A stretch of 64,000 nucleotides of DNA, taken from NCBI GenBank assembly GCA_050084515.1, contig CM114271.1:27280001-27344000 (forward strand), read 5' to 3'. Below, piece by piece: positions 1 to 12,345 of the stretch (within the stretch, counting starts at the first letter, position 1; every line of letters starts with the position of its first letter). Under the pieces are notes generated by a model that was not told where the DNA came from, made no database searches, and saw only the letters and a program-made list of their open reading frames with translations. Source of the DNA: Blasia pusilla (lineage: Eukaryota). The translations under genes and the position numbers were made by a program.

Positions 1-1209
1 AACTATTAATCAAAATATTTTCGGGGTATAATTCCCATGTTTGTCAAAAAAATAAAATTAAAAAAAGAGACAAAAATTCATGAGAATTAAATGGCAAACA
101 AATTGTATGGGAAGAGGGAAACAAAGGGAAATTAGGAAAGAAAAAAGGAAGCAAGCGAATTTAAATGGAAGGTTTTACCTAAGATTTGTACAAAGCTTTA
201 AAATGGTACATTTACAAAGAAATAAATGTGCCTATTTTAATTTTAATTTTTAAAACGTATTTAAAAATAGAAGAGCCAAAAAATTATGAAAATAAAATCG
301 GAAAAAATAGGGAAATTTCCCGAAAATGTGGAAAATTGGAGAGAAGGGGAATTTTTTATTTTTAAAAGGATATTTTATTTATAAAAATATATAAAATATT
401 AGGTTAGGGCTAGAATCAGTAGCCCAAACCTACCCTTCATCTATCTACATGTCCCGACTCTACCTGCCGCTGCCTCCTTCGTGAATCGTGCGGCCCCTAA
501 ACGCTCTCGCTCTCTCCGTCTGATCTGCGATCGGACGGCTGGGGCTAGGGATGCTGCCGCCACTGGCCCGCTTCCCCCTTCTCCCCTACCCCGCACGACT
601 CTCACTCTCCCCCGACCAATTTATGATCAGATGGGTGGGGCAAGGACGCCGCTGCTCCTGGCCCCCTTCCCCCTTCTCCAATCAACTTTCTCCCCTCCCT
701 CGTATGATCTGCGCTCAGACAGATGGGTAAGGGACGTTTCCGTCCCTTGCCCCTTCTCCCCTACCCCAATCAACTCTCACTCTGCCCCGCTCCTCCGCTC
801 TCACTCTCCTCCATTTTTCTTTTGACCTCTAGTCTCCATTTTGTGTTTTGGTCTCGTTTGTCGTGCGCATACACATCGATACACAACGTACATCGCTGTC
901 ACCCAACACACATACAAACACGCTTGATCCCATGCTAACTCATGGCATCCTAACAACGAGACAAGAAGTACTAAAATATCTCCAATAAAGTAAGATCCAA
1001 TCTCTCTCTATACCATCTCACACCATAACTCTCAAAGGTGTGCACTCTATCTCATGTCAAACCAAACCCACTCTCCTAATGAGAGGCTTGGGTTATACTC
1101 ACAAGGCAAGGGACCATAGCTCCGCCGCCTCATACCAAGAGGTTCAACAAAGAGAGAATGAGCTTTCAAGCTCTCTCTCCTTAAGGTAAATCCCTCCCCT
1201 CTCCCAAGC

Positions 1210-1530
1210 TGTCGCGCCCCTACTCTCCTTGAACATCAATCTTTAGTGTTGCGGAAGCGTGCGTTCAGTAGGTCACGAACTCATCGCCGATCTGCACCCA
1301 AACACGCACTCTCGTTAGTCGGGTTTGGCCAACCGGCGTTCCAACCCACCGAGTCCTAAACTCGGCGTCTCATCAAGCTCAACCTTCCTTAGTTCCTAGC
1401 TCCCAACACATGGCAAGTCCTTCAAGACTTGGAACAGACTTCCTGGTTAGTCCAGGGATCTGAAACGGCACTTGCACGCCTAGCGATCCCAACTGTTCAA
1501 CGGTCCTCGTGTGAGTTCCAAACCGAGCCC
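1210..1530 (-). repeat. Short 3' terminal repeat of the chromovirus (only the distal ~320 bp of the LTR)
   Basis: Near-identical to 6430-6750. Similarity stops after ACCGAG(A)CCC; the remaining ~680 bp of the LTR is absent here. Confidence 0.9.
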
Positions 1531-1802
1531 GAGTGTAATCCAACACAAGGTCCTGTTCTAGGTGCTTATCCATATACGAGCTCTCACCTCAAATACTCCT
1601 TGTCTGTCCACTTGTCGTACATTCTAAGTCTATGATGAACGACTCATAGCCATGCACTACCACATACAAATTGCAATCAACACTGGTATCGAATCTCCAA
1701 ATCCATACACTCCTTTATTGCAACACTAGCATATTCTAGTTACAACGGCCTTCGGCCCAAGATTCCACTGATTACAAGTCATGTCTCTAGCTTCTCCTCG
1801 TA

Positions 1803-4800
1803 CTAACGTATGTGCTTCGCTTGTGTTCGCTTGAAGTCACGCAACAATTCTTGCGCGTGTTCCAAATCCTCTTCCGCAATCCAAGTCGCCTCCTTCACAT
1901 GGTAGCCCTTCCATTTTACCAAGTATTCATACTTGTTGGCCCGACGCCTCGAACGTTAGATGGTCTCCACCTCGAACTCCGGCTCCTCATTTACGATGAC
2001 CGGGTGCGGTCTCACCACCTGTCTCCGCTCGAAACGTCCATTATCTTGAAGGTATTTCTTCAACAATGACACATGAAAGGTCGGGTGAATCTTGAACTCG
2101 TCCGGCAGCCTCAACGTATACACATCCTCAAACGGGTTTGTCACAATCACATACGGTCCAAAGATACTTTTGGCGGACTTCGCAAACAACTCTTTCGGAA
2201 GAGTGAGATTCTTCACACTCAACCACACTTGTTCTCCAACTTGGAATCGTACTTGGCGCCGACTCTTGTTAGCATGCTTAACGTACCTCATTTGAGCATT
2301 TGCAAGACTTCGCCTCGCGCTCTCTTCTCGTTCTCGCATCTCTACCAACAAACTTTCTGTCGTCACTTGTCGTGTTCGTGCCAATGTAGTACCCTTCGAA
2401 GGGCTAGATCAAGAGGCCCTTCGGCTCGTCCATTTGCCAGGAGAAACGGAGATTCTCTGTTGCGAATGCTTGGTCGAGTTGTAGCAAAGATTCCGCCATG
2501 CTCACCACCACCGACCCAATCGCGTTGATCAAAGACCGACATAATTCCTCAAATCGATTCACGATAGAGTTTACCTTTTCATCTGTCCATCCGCTGTGGG
2601 TGGAAAGCCGTCATCAAACTCAGCTTGGTCTTAAACCTTTCGAACAAGTGCTTCGAGAAAGCACTGGTAAACTTTGGATCCCGATCTGAAACAATGCTCC
2701 TCGGCAAACCATGCGCACGCCACCAGCTATCGAGGAATAGTTGCGCCGTCGTATACGCCGTTGCGGAATCCACCGTCGGCACGAATCTCGCCAACTTGCT
2801 AAACCGATCAACAATCACCAAGTATAGCGTTGTATCCCCAGATTTCGAAGACTCGTGATGAAATCCATACTCACACTTTGCAAGGGTCCTTCGGGATCGG
2901 CAAGGGATGCAAGCAAGCCTTGTTTCTTATCATAAGAGACTCTATTCGCTTAAGGTGTCACCACAGGTCTTCACATATTGAGCAACATCCTCCTTCATGT
3001 TGGGCCAAAAGAACCGCCGATAGAACGACTAGCGAGATTTCTCTCCTTTATGTCCGCCAAGGGTCCGTCGTGACATTCCGCTAACACCTTGGTTCGCATT
3101 TCGCCTTGCCCTACATAGATCCTCGTGTTTGAACCTTAGTAAACCGTGACTCAAACTTATGTTGGCCACCTTCTCACCCTCGCTTCAACTTCCTCGGTAT
3201 TCCCTCGCTTGAGCATCCTTCATATATCCTTCACGAATCCTTCTCTCCAGATCTGTTTCCTTAGGGAACATTGCTCTCAAGACTGTGTGTCGTCGATGGC
3301 ATGTGTTCCTCCTGCGACTTAACGATCCTGGAATCACATTATCTTTACCGGCTTGTGGATCAACTCTACATCCATCGGCGCCAAGGTATCATGCCACCGC
3401 AGATTGTTTCGGTGTCACTCGATCCTGGGTCTCAAAATACTTGAGTGATATATTATTGGTGAATACTCGAGTCCTGGTGGAGCCCTAGATAATGCCGCCA
3501 CTTCCTCAAGAAATGTACCACCGCGAACAACTCTTTTCGTGAGTAGGCCATCTCCTTTCGTGTCGCTAAGCTTCTTGCTCTCATATGCCACCGGTCTCCC
3601 TTCTTGCACCAACATTCCCGCAATCGCGAAATCACTAGCATCGATATGCACTTGAACGGTTTGTCAAACTCGGCAGCTTTAACACCGGTTCTGCGATAGA
3701 ATCTGCTTCACTCGGTTGAATGCCTCATTAACTTCCAGGTCCAAGTCGTGTTGGCAAACTTTGCCGTCAATCCGTGAGAGGTCTCACAATTCCCGAAAAG
3801 TTTTTCACATAAGTACGATAAAATTGCAACGCACCTATGAACCTCCTCATCCCCTTTACCAAGTGGATGGGGTTCCCACTCGGAAATAGCCTTTACCTTT
3901 TCCATGTCCGGTCGACGCCATCTCAGATCGACCACGTGACCCAAGAATTTGATCTTACTCCAACCAAATTCGCTCTTCTCTACATTCGCATCTGGTGATT
4001 TGCCCTTAGCTTAGACAAGACCGCTCTCACATGTAACGTGCTCCTCTAGTGACTTGAATAGATAAGTATATCATCGATATAGATGATAACATACTTATCC
4101 ATTTCCTTGTGAAAAATGGAGTTCATCAATGTGGTGAACGCCGGAGGCGCGTTACATAGACCGAAAGGCATCACTACAAACTCAAAGGAACCATATCTCG
4201 TCCCGCACGCATCTTCTCCACATCGCCTCGGCAATCCGAACTGGTAATATCCTCGACTTCAAGTCAATCCTACTGAAATATCTCGCTGCCCGACCTATCA
4301 AAGAGATCATCTATCCTTGGAAGAGGATAATTGTTCGAACCGTCACTTTGTTGGTGCACGGTAATCAACACACTGACCTCATCTTTCCATCCTTCTTCTT
4401 TACAATGAGAACAGTGCTCTATAAGGTGACTTGCTAGTCCTAATGTAACCCTTTTCCAAGAGCTCACTTAATCGCTTTTCAACTCAAGAAGTTCCTCCTG
4501 ATTCAACCTATATGGTGCTTTTGAAGGCGGTTGGGAACCGGGTATGATCTCTATCTTATGATCTACGGCTCTATGCGACGGCAATTCGTCGGAAGCTCAT
4601 TTGTCAAGACATCCTCAAACTCCTTGACCACTTCTGAAGTGGTTCTGGGACTCCCCTTGAAGCGGCGTCCGATCTCTGCAGTATCGCTTGTAGCCTCCTC
4701 CACTTGTCTCATCAAGTAGAGAAATCCATCCTCCAACTCAGTCATGCTCCTCCTTGTGATCGAGTTCACCAACTCCATCTTCGCTGGAACCTCACGGACC

Positions 4801-6300
4801 AACCGCACAGAATCGTTTGCCTTTTAGCAAGACGCTCAACCTCAATGGTCGGCGTCTTAACTCCACCTCATACGCATCTAGGAGTGTATTCCCAAAACTC
4901 CGTCAATGCCGTCCATTTCGCATACAGTGAAATTCTCCTTCAACTCGAATACCCCGCATCCTACTTTCAAACCCAAGACCAAATCAGAAGTCCGATGAGA
5001 CTTGCCTCCTACAAATCCCACTCAAATGGGCTCGTCCGCCTTAGAGGTAGACAGCCCCAGTTCCTTCACGATTCTCAAGCTTAGGAAGGAGTGCGAAGCA
5101 CCTGTATCCACGACCAACAACACATCGCGATCAGCAATCTTGGATCTTAGGTACACCAAATTGTGCGTCGTCTTGGTGACTTGAAGGGACGTCTCCATAT
5201 CGCCCGCCAACATATGCTTAGCAGCAAACGCAATCATACTCCCATTACTAACCTTCGGTTTCGAACAACCTTTCGACAGTGCCCGGTTCGCCCGCGGTTG
5301 TAGCATATGACCTTGCCGTTCCTCGTCTTTGAGTGTTGTCCTCCTTTCGCCGCATGAAGTTCCACTCGCTTTTTCTTTGCCGGGGCAGCGACTCTCGCTT
5401 CGTCTTGGCCCCACTCCAGCCTCTTTTGAACGCCTCCTTATTTTTCGACTTCTTGAAAAAAACTTTTGACTCGAAGGGTTTCTAGGTTTGGACCTCATCG
5501 TCCCCTAATCCGCTCCGCTAGCTTCGAAGGTCCGCGCAGTCTCGGCAACGTCGGCATTCGGTAAAGGGGCTTTCGGCGCTCGGCTTGAGTCCACTAATGA
5601 AGATAGCCTTCTTCGGCGTGCTCATCCATCTTCGGACTAGAAGTCGGTTTCGCACTAAACTCCCTCACATACGCGCTTAAGGAACCACTCTGCGCATCCC
5701 GACGCATTCCACCGTGTCACGCAACCCTTGGTACTCGGAGTGAACCGATCCCCAATCAACTCCTTGAACTCCTCCCAACTCGAGGTGACTCACCGCCCGA
5801 GATATTCCTCTCGTTGAGCGGTCCACCATTGTAGAGCATGATCCTTGAGAAAAGTAACGGCTATCGTCACCTTGTCTTTCAGCTTTGACCTTCTCGCGCC
5901 TCGAAATGCCTGATTCGATTCCGTAAGGAGATCCTTCACTTTCGCGAGCGCCCCACTCCAATAAATGGCGTGGCGGTTCGTCTTGCAAAGCTTTTGCCCG
6001 CACGGGTTTCGAGTGGCCTCTAACTCGGCAATCCGCTTGCTTTGCTTTGGGACATCTGCTCCACCAACACCTTCAACAAGTCCAACGCCTGGCTAGACTC
6101 CGTCCTTTCCTCGAGTTTGGGCCCACGGCCCCGCGGAAGGAGTCGCCAGGGACGTCCTCACGATCGGGCGTTCGGCTCTTGGGTCTCGACTCCTCTATAG
6201 CTTCACGGTCCGGCATTGGTTCCTCTCTCGGTTCACGCCGCTTGATTCGGCGCTTCTTGGGTTGTTCTCCTCGATCGCCATCTCCAAGCCAACTCACTCA
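1803..6300 (-). pseudogene. Chromovirus gag-pol (gag, PR, RT, RNase H, IN, chromodomain), fragmented by many frameshifts
   Basis: ORF fragments 5022-5498, 4046-4234, 3415-3651, 2579-2821 and 1956-2384. Manual translation of 1803-1955 gives EYLVKWKGYHVKEATWIAEEDLEHAQELLRDF (chromodomain). The gag boundary is approximate. Confidence 0.9.
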
Positions 6301-6416
6301 GATCTCCTCCTCGTTTCTTGCGTCCCTCCTCGAGCGTCCGAGTCTAGCCGCTACCTTAAAATTTCCCAAGCGTCCGGCTGATCCCACGACCCCAAGTTCT
6401 CACTCACCAAGGATAA

Positions 6417-6427
6417 GCTCGATACCA
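6417..6427 (-). promoter_or_regulatory. Primer binding site, initiator tRNA-Met type
   Basis: Minus strand reads TGGTATCGAGC 2 nt after the LTR end. The canonical plant PBS-Met is TGGTATCAGAGC, so one A is missing. Confidence 0.85.
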
Positions 6428-6429
6428 CT

Positions 6430-7427
6430 TGTCGCGCCCCTACTCTCCTTGAACGCGTCAATCTTTAGTGTTTGCGGAAGCGTGCGTTGATGGGTCACGA
6501 ACTCATTTCCGATCGCACCCAAACACGCACACTCGTTAGTCGGGTTTGGCCAACCGGCGTTCCAACCCACGAGTCCTAAACTCGGCGTCTCATCAAGCTC
6601 AACCTTCCTTAGTTCCTAGCTCCCAACACATGGCAAGTCCTTCAAGACTTGGAACAGACTTCTGGTTAGTCCAGGGATCTGAAACGGCACTTGCACGCCT
6701 AGCGATCCCAACTGTTCAACGGTCCTCGTGTGAGTTCCGAACCGAGACCCAAGTAATTGAGTCGCGGCGTGAAATCCAAGAGGGATATCTAAAATCGCCT
6801 CAATGGATTTGGTGCAGGTTTTCCAACCCAACGCCCAAACTCGCGTTCCGTTCCATGCCCTTGAGCGCCCTGGCGCCCAAAGTGGGGTTTGGGTTCCAAG
6901 CACTCTCGGAGACCTTCCCCCTTACTAGTACTTCTGGGGTTCTCCAATAACCCCTCCCCTTTGCGAAAAGAGGTTCGGGCCCTTCATTGTGGCCCTCAAC
7001 CCGACTCCACTTACAGTCGTTTTCGGGTCGTGTCTCGTCCGCTGCTTATGCGTTTGCAGCGATCTTTGGTGTGTTTGAACCGGCTCTTCATAAGCTTTCC
7101 AACGCACTCTTATTTGCTCCAAACGCATCTCGGCGCTAAAAGTTATGGCCATAAATACAGTCGGAAACTCTCAAACGCAAGTGGCGTTCCAAATCCGGAT
7201 CTTTCTTTTGGCAACCCACTTCCTAGACTCGACTTCTTTCAAGTCTCATTCCGCGTTTGGTCCAGGTTTCTGAGTCGCGACCATCACATGTGAAATGCGA
7301 CTTCTCGCTCGCGTCTCATCTCTTGTCTCCTCTTTGAGACAACTCCAACGCGCAAACCATCTTAGCGTGAGCCCGCTAATGTTCCGATGTTCCGCTTGGC
7401 ACTTGTTTGGTCATGAGGGTCGCGACA
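6430..7427 (-). repeat. 5' LTR of the chromovirus (998 bp)
   Basis: TG...CA with 7-bp terminal inverted repeat, flanked by the PBS on one side and the TSD on the other. Confidence 0.92.
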
Positions 7428-7724
7428 CAAGCTCTCTCCATGGTAACCTATTCTCCCAAGTCACCTCCTTGGCTCTTCACTTGATGTAGGAGGTCAAGGG
7501 TCATTTACCAAAAATAGAAAGTCAATCATATAAGTAAAATGGTACTTACCTAAAATAGTAAATTTCTCAATATGGCTCCGAATGAGCCGAAACGAAGGAG
7601 AAGCCTGCTCTCTCAGGTTTCTCGGGGCCTGAACACATCATCCTTAACCTATTGAGCGTGTCCTCCACTACCCTTGAAGGTGCTCTACTAGATCTCACCG
7701 ATCTATCATAAAAGACGTGACAAT

Positions 7725-7852
7725 TGTCGTGCGCATACAAATCGCTACACAACATACATCGTTGTCCCCGAGCACACACACAAACACGCACGATCCCATG
7801 CTAACTCATGGCATCCAAACAAGGAGACAAGAAGTATTAAAATATCTCCAAT
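7725..7852 (-). repeat. Internal 128-bp duplicate of the LTR terminus, directly adjacent to the 3' LTR (copy 1)
   Basis: Direct repeat of 859-986, separated from the LTR end at 7722 by the 2-bp spacer AT. Confidence 0.9.
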
Positions 7853-8053
7853 CGCCCCCATAATTGGTGGTTAGGTCCCTCTAACTCTAGATAGCCATCT
7901 ATCCCTACCTACCATGACATACATCTCTCGGACACTAAGAGCAAGAAGGTCGGGTGCTCATGTGGCCCCATCGTTAGTCGTCTTCCTGTCATAGAAAAAG
8001 TCGGAATCAAAACCTACCTAATATCTCCTCTATGTACATCTGGGACACATCCA

Positions 8054-11030
8054 TCATCCCCAAGGAACCCTAGTGAGAGGTGGCGTCAGACATGCCATAT
8101 GCCAACCTTGCAAACATCCATCACAGATTAGCATCGTGGCCGCACCACGGGCAGAACCACACAACATACAATGCAAACCTGTAGGAACTATTGCTAAGCT
8201 TGAATCTACTGTACCATCAATATTAGGAAGATGACATGGCGCAAAATTACGCACATGGTCCTTCCATACCATACCAGCGCGTCCCTCCAGCAAGAGAATA
8301 CCGGATGGCAAAACGTCACGTACTCTCGGGATAGTGCGCCTTGCAGTCACATCCAACGTCATCGCTGTTGTCTGCTGTAAGTAGACATAATCTCCTTGAT
8401 GAAACCTCAGGATAGTTGGTTGATAACCATCACCCCGAATAGTCGTATACCTCAACGTATCTTGATGCTGCACAATCGCCAAGTTCTCGAACGCCATGGG
8501 CATCACTCTCTGAAACAACTCAGCCCTCTGAGAATATGCTCGCATCCAAAAATCTAGGTCATCAAGGTCCAGCACCTCACCAACATCTTGACGAATGGCC
8601 ACAGGTAAATCTGGCTCTCGGCCATAAAGTAGCAAGTACGATGAAAAAGACGATAAGGATGCATGCCTCTGAATCTGTATGTCATCGCCAACCAGTGCAA
8701 CTGCAGGTCCCAATCTCCTAAGTGACCTCTCTACAAGCCATACTTGCGTAAACCCCTCTTCACCGTATGCACAACTCTCTCCGCTAATCCATCCGTCTCA
8801 GGATGATCTCGCGAAGTCGTGCGATGGTCGATCAGCGCCTGATCAAACAAGGTCTGGAACTCACCGCGAAACTCGGTACCCTGGTCTGTCAACGTCTCAG
8901 CCGGTGCACCATAATGACTCATCACTCTGTCAAGGAAGGCATAAGCTACTCCCTCACTTGCTTTGTCAAGCAATGCAACCAACTCGATCCACTTTGATAA
9001 ATGATCGACCATCATCAACACATAACGACTGTGACGCTCCGTCAAAGGCAAAGGTCCTGCAAAATCCAAATTCCATCTGTACCCTAAGCCAATGATTGGT
9101 AACGGATACAACTGCGGAGTCAGAGCATTGAACGATGCTCGGACCCGATCACACACCATGCACCTGGAAACAAATAACTGAACGTCACTCTGCATGCCTC
9201 GCCACCAATACTGAATCTGGAGCAAGCTGTACGTCCGCTTCACCCCAAAGTGACCCAACTCCTCGTGGACATGCTGCACTAGTCGTGCTCTCTGTAAAGG
9301 ATACGGCACTACACGTACTATGCCATCCTCCCAAACCCGCAAAACATGTGTCCCCTCCCAACGGAACCGTCTAGCCTGCTCTAGGATTTGATCCCGCTCT
9401 CTAGCACCCACGGTGCTCGCAAAGCTGATAGTCCGAAGGTACTCCAAGACTAATCCATCATCATGAATATCTCAGCCATCTGTCGTCTCCTCACTGGCCT
9501 TGGGATCCAAGGACTCTCCACTAGACCTCGCCATTGATGTATACACAATGTGGCTCTCCATAGCCAACATGCTTAAATAGGCTGACGCATGCCATCTTGG
9601 CACTGACTCCTCATCACTCTCTCCATGCCATCGAGCTCCAGTTGCATCTTGTTGACTCGGGCATGGGTTACGACTCAACCCATCTGCATCCTGGTTGAGC
9701 GTCCCTGGTCTATGTACCACCTAAAAATCATACTCCTTCAACAACAGAGCCCATCTCGCAAGCTTCCCTCTAAGCTTGTCGGACTCCATCAACCACTTCA
9801 GTGGTTGATGATCAGTGATGATGGTAAGGGGATTGTCGAATAAGTAACACTTGAAATGTGCTACAACCCACACTGAAGCCAAGCACCCACCCTCATACAA
9901 GTTGTACTTCACCTCTGCAGTATTGTTCGAGCGGCTAGCGTAAGCCACCACGAACTCTGTACCCTCATCATCATGCTGGATGAGCACTGCTCCAAGCCCC
10001 AACATGCTCCAATATATGTGCAACTGGAAAGGACGCCCCCTGATCGGTCTCCTCAAGATGGGCACGGACGTCAACCTGTCCTTGAGCAACTGAAATGCTC
10101 GCTCCTGCTCATCCTCCCTGTGCCACTCGTGATCCACCTTGGTCAGCAAGATCAGCGGCTTCGCAATCGAATTGAATCCCTTGACGTACCGCCGATAGAA
10201 GTTTGCCAATCCCATCAATCTGTAGGGCGTGGAATAAGTGAGATAGCCTCTACCTTTGTCTTCTGAACACCAAGGCCCGCAAGGTATATCGTATAACCCG
10301 AGTACTCAATCTGATTGCAAAAGAACTTGCACTTGCTTTGATGTAGCTTCAGCCCATGTAATTGCAATCGTCGAAACACCTCCTCTAGATGTCGCTCATG
10401 CTCCACAACCGTGACGCTAAAGACTACGATGTCATCAATATAACACCTAGCAAAATCCAGACTAGCTAAGATCCTATTCATGACCCTCTGAAACTCAGCC
10501 GGGGCATTCTTTAACCCAAATGGTAAGAATCGCCACTTGTACAAACAATTCTTCTCATGAGGATCGATGCCCCAAAATGCCATCTTCTGCATGTCCTCCA
10601 ATCTGATAGGCAACTGATGGTATCCGGCTTACAAATCCAATGAACCTTTGAGTGACCAATCGCATCAAAGATCTCTCCAGGATAGGCATGGCATACTTAT
10701 CGGACTTTGTCTGCCGATTGATAGGTCGGCAATCCCCACACATCCGTCTATCCGTCCAGTTGCCATGTACATCCGTCTTGGCGGGCATGACAGTGGCAGA
10801 TGCATACTCCCCATACGACATCTCCACTAGTCCTGCTCCAACCAAGTCGTGGCTCCTACTCTGAATCAGAGCCCTCCTATATCACTACACCTCTAGGGTC
10901 GTCAGAATATTAGCGTATCACTCGACAACTCAATGCGGATCCCCGGTCCCTTCAGCGTGCCCAAATCCTCCATGCTAAACGTAAAGCAGCTCCTATAACT
11001 CTTGAGGAACTGATGTATTCGGCGCCGCTC
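8054..11030 (-). pseudogene. pol remnant: RT - RNase H - integrase - PHD finger
   Basis: ORFs 10555-10845, 10215-10613, 9721-10218, 9472-9720, 8731-9447 and 8054-8713, separated by in-frame stops and a few frameshifts. C-terminus CMLCGSARGAATMLICDGCLQGWHMACLTPPL is a PHD. Confidence 0.93.
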
Positions 11031-11399
11031 TTCTCCTGTCAACTGAGGGCCCATATCTAGCTCCCAAGTCTCCATCGTGACAACGGTAGGACTCTCTGAC
11101 GGGGATATCGGTGGTTGCTATGGTGCAACCCCGTCTCAAACAACAACACTCGACCGCTCTCCTGTAGCCAACTGCAAACTCTGATCTCCTCCACATGGAG
11201 TGCCCAGAACCACGCTTGACATACCGACAAAACATCCCAAGAAGTCCAAGGGTGTCTCTCTTGATCTCCCCTCATGTGTCGATCTACTCAGGTCTCGCCC
11301 CCAACCACTGCCTCCACCATCTCAATAGGCATGGGGCTCACCAACGCAACTGTTGTGATCTGTCGCAATCTCATCCGACGCTCACCACTCCCAAATCAA

Positions 11400-12345
11400 G
11401 ATCCTCGTCAGCGATTCGGGTTCATCGCTCGAGCCAAGACATGGCGTCATGATGCCTCCGATCATCGACAGATCGCCATCACTCACCTCGTGGGGAAATC
11501 CCATCGCCCGCTCTCTCTCGTCGGCGTTGGGCTCCACCAACCTCTGAACCTGGTCATCCCAAACCAAACTAGGACCGGCCTTCTTATATGCATAGGAAGC
11601 GGGAAAACTCACAAATGTGGGAAAGGTTGCCCGCGGCTTGCCTACCCTGTTGACCACAGTCAACGGTGGTCGATCATCGTGCCTCACTGCCCATGAGCGA
11701 CGACCTGGATCCAGAATGGAATCCACTAACAAATGGGAGGGGCGCTCCACTCTCGCATACGCCCTATGTAAGAGCGCATGGGGCACGAAGTTGGTCCATC
11801 ATAGACGCGGGCGATGGGCTCCAGAATCCACACTCGCTGTATCCAAGAACACTGCTGGGCCGATCCAGGCACGCATCTGATGAGCACTCGTCACCTCCCG
11901 TGAACTGGAGTCTCCTAAGATCGGCACATTCTCTAGAATATAGGCTCGAGAAAAGGTGCTCATGCAACTGCCGTAAGACCCTCAACATCTCCCAAAACAA
12001 CCTGGACCGAGTGTGAGCCAACCCGTTGCCTCGTCCAGCACTCTATTGGCCCTGACATAGCCAACTCGCAATGGCCAAATCAATGGTGCCTAACCGATCT
12101 AAGTCCTGGGCCCCCAACAACGAAATATCCCTCGATAGGGAACTCTGGTATCCCTGTACCGCGCATGCAAAAAATAAGTCGGGAAAATGTAGGCGTAATT
12201 GCGCCACATGTCGTAGTGAGACGCGCCTTGCAACATCATCACTCTCCACATACATGTACTGCTGCACTCGCACTCATGCCCGCAAAATAGCAGCTAACAT
12301 GGTACTAATCCTTCCAAAGAGATCTAACACTCGAATACCCTTCTC
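11400..12345 (-). pseudogene. Retrotransposon-encoded C5 cytosine DNA methyltransferase domain (DNMT3/DRM-like catalytic motifs)
   Basis: Manual translation in order: motif I IRVLDLFGRIST (~12340-12301); II YMYVE; III RDI; IV/V DLAIASWLCQGQ*SAGRGNGLAHTRSRLFWEMLRVL (Cys codon 12055-12057); VI YILENVP (ENV 11925-11933, after a frameshift); VIII LDTASVDSGAHRPRL*WTN; IX ERERAMGFP; X-like RHVLARAM (after a frameshift). Confidence 0.9.

Larger units (their letters stand above)
1210..7427 (-). mobile_element. Ty3/Gypsy chromovirus, heavily frameshifted, nested in the LTR of the DNMT/PHD element
   Basis: Termini TGTCGCG...CGCGACA with 5-bp TSD CAAGC (1205-1209 and 7428-7432). tRNA-Met PBS. Protease [27 protein letters not shown], RNase H IDASDFAI..PVAYES, integrase IVDRFSK..SDRDPKF, GPY motif, and a C-terminal chromodomain. 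Confidence 0.95.
859..7722 (-). repeat. 3' LTR (~640 bp: 859-1209 plus 7433-7722) of DNMT/PHD element copy 1, split by a nested insertion
   Basis: Starts TGTCGTG at 859 and ends CGTGACA at 7722. With 1210-7432 removed it aligns with the uninterrupted LTR at 43477-44116. Confidence 0.9.

Noticed and set aside
481-840. ORF and three degenerate GATC..GA(C/T)GG repeats
   Set aside because: Pyrimidine-rich low-complexity sequence, probably part of a repeat cut by the window edge; too little to classify.
859-7722. Solo LTR that happened to insert next to another LTR
   Set aside because: No TSD (CGTT versus ATTG), and the same arrangement recurs at 43477-44246.
859-7852. DIRS/Ngaro-type split direct repeats
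   Set aside because: The element has a DDE integrase, TG...CA ends and TSDs. No tyrosine recombinase was seen.
11400-12345. Host DRM/DNMT3 gene, or a bacterial restriction-modification methylase
   Set aside because: Intronless and colinear within pol between protease and RT. No host N-terminal domains and no cognate nuclease or bacterial context.
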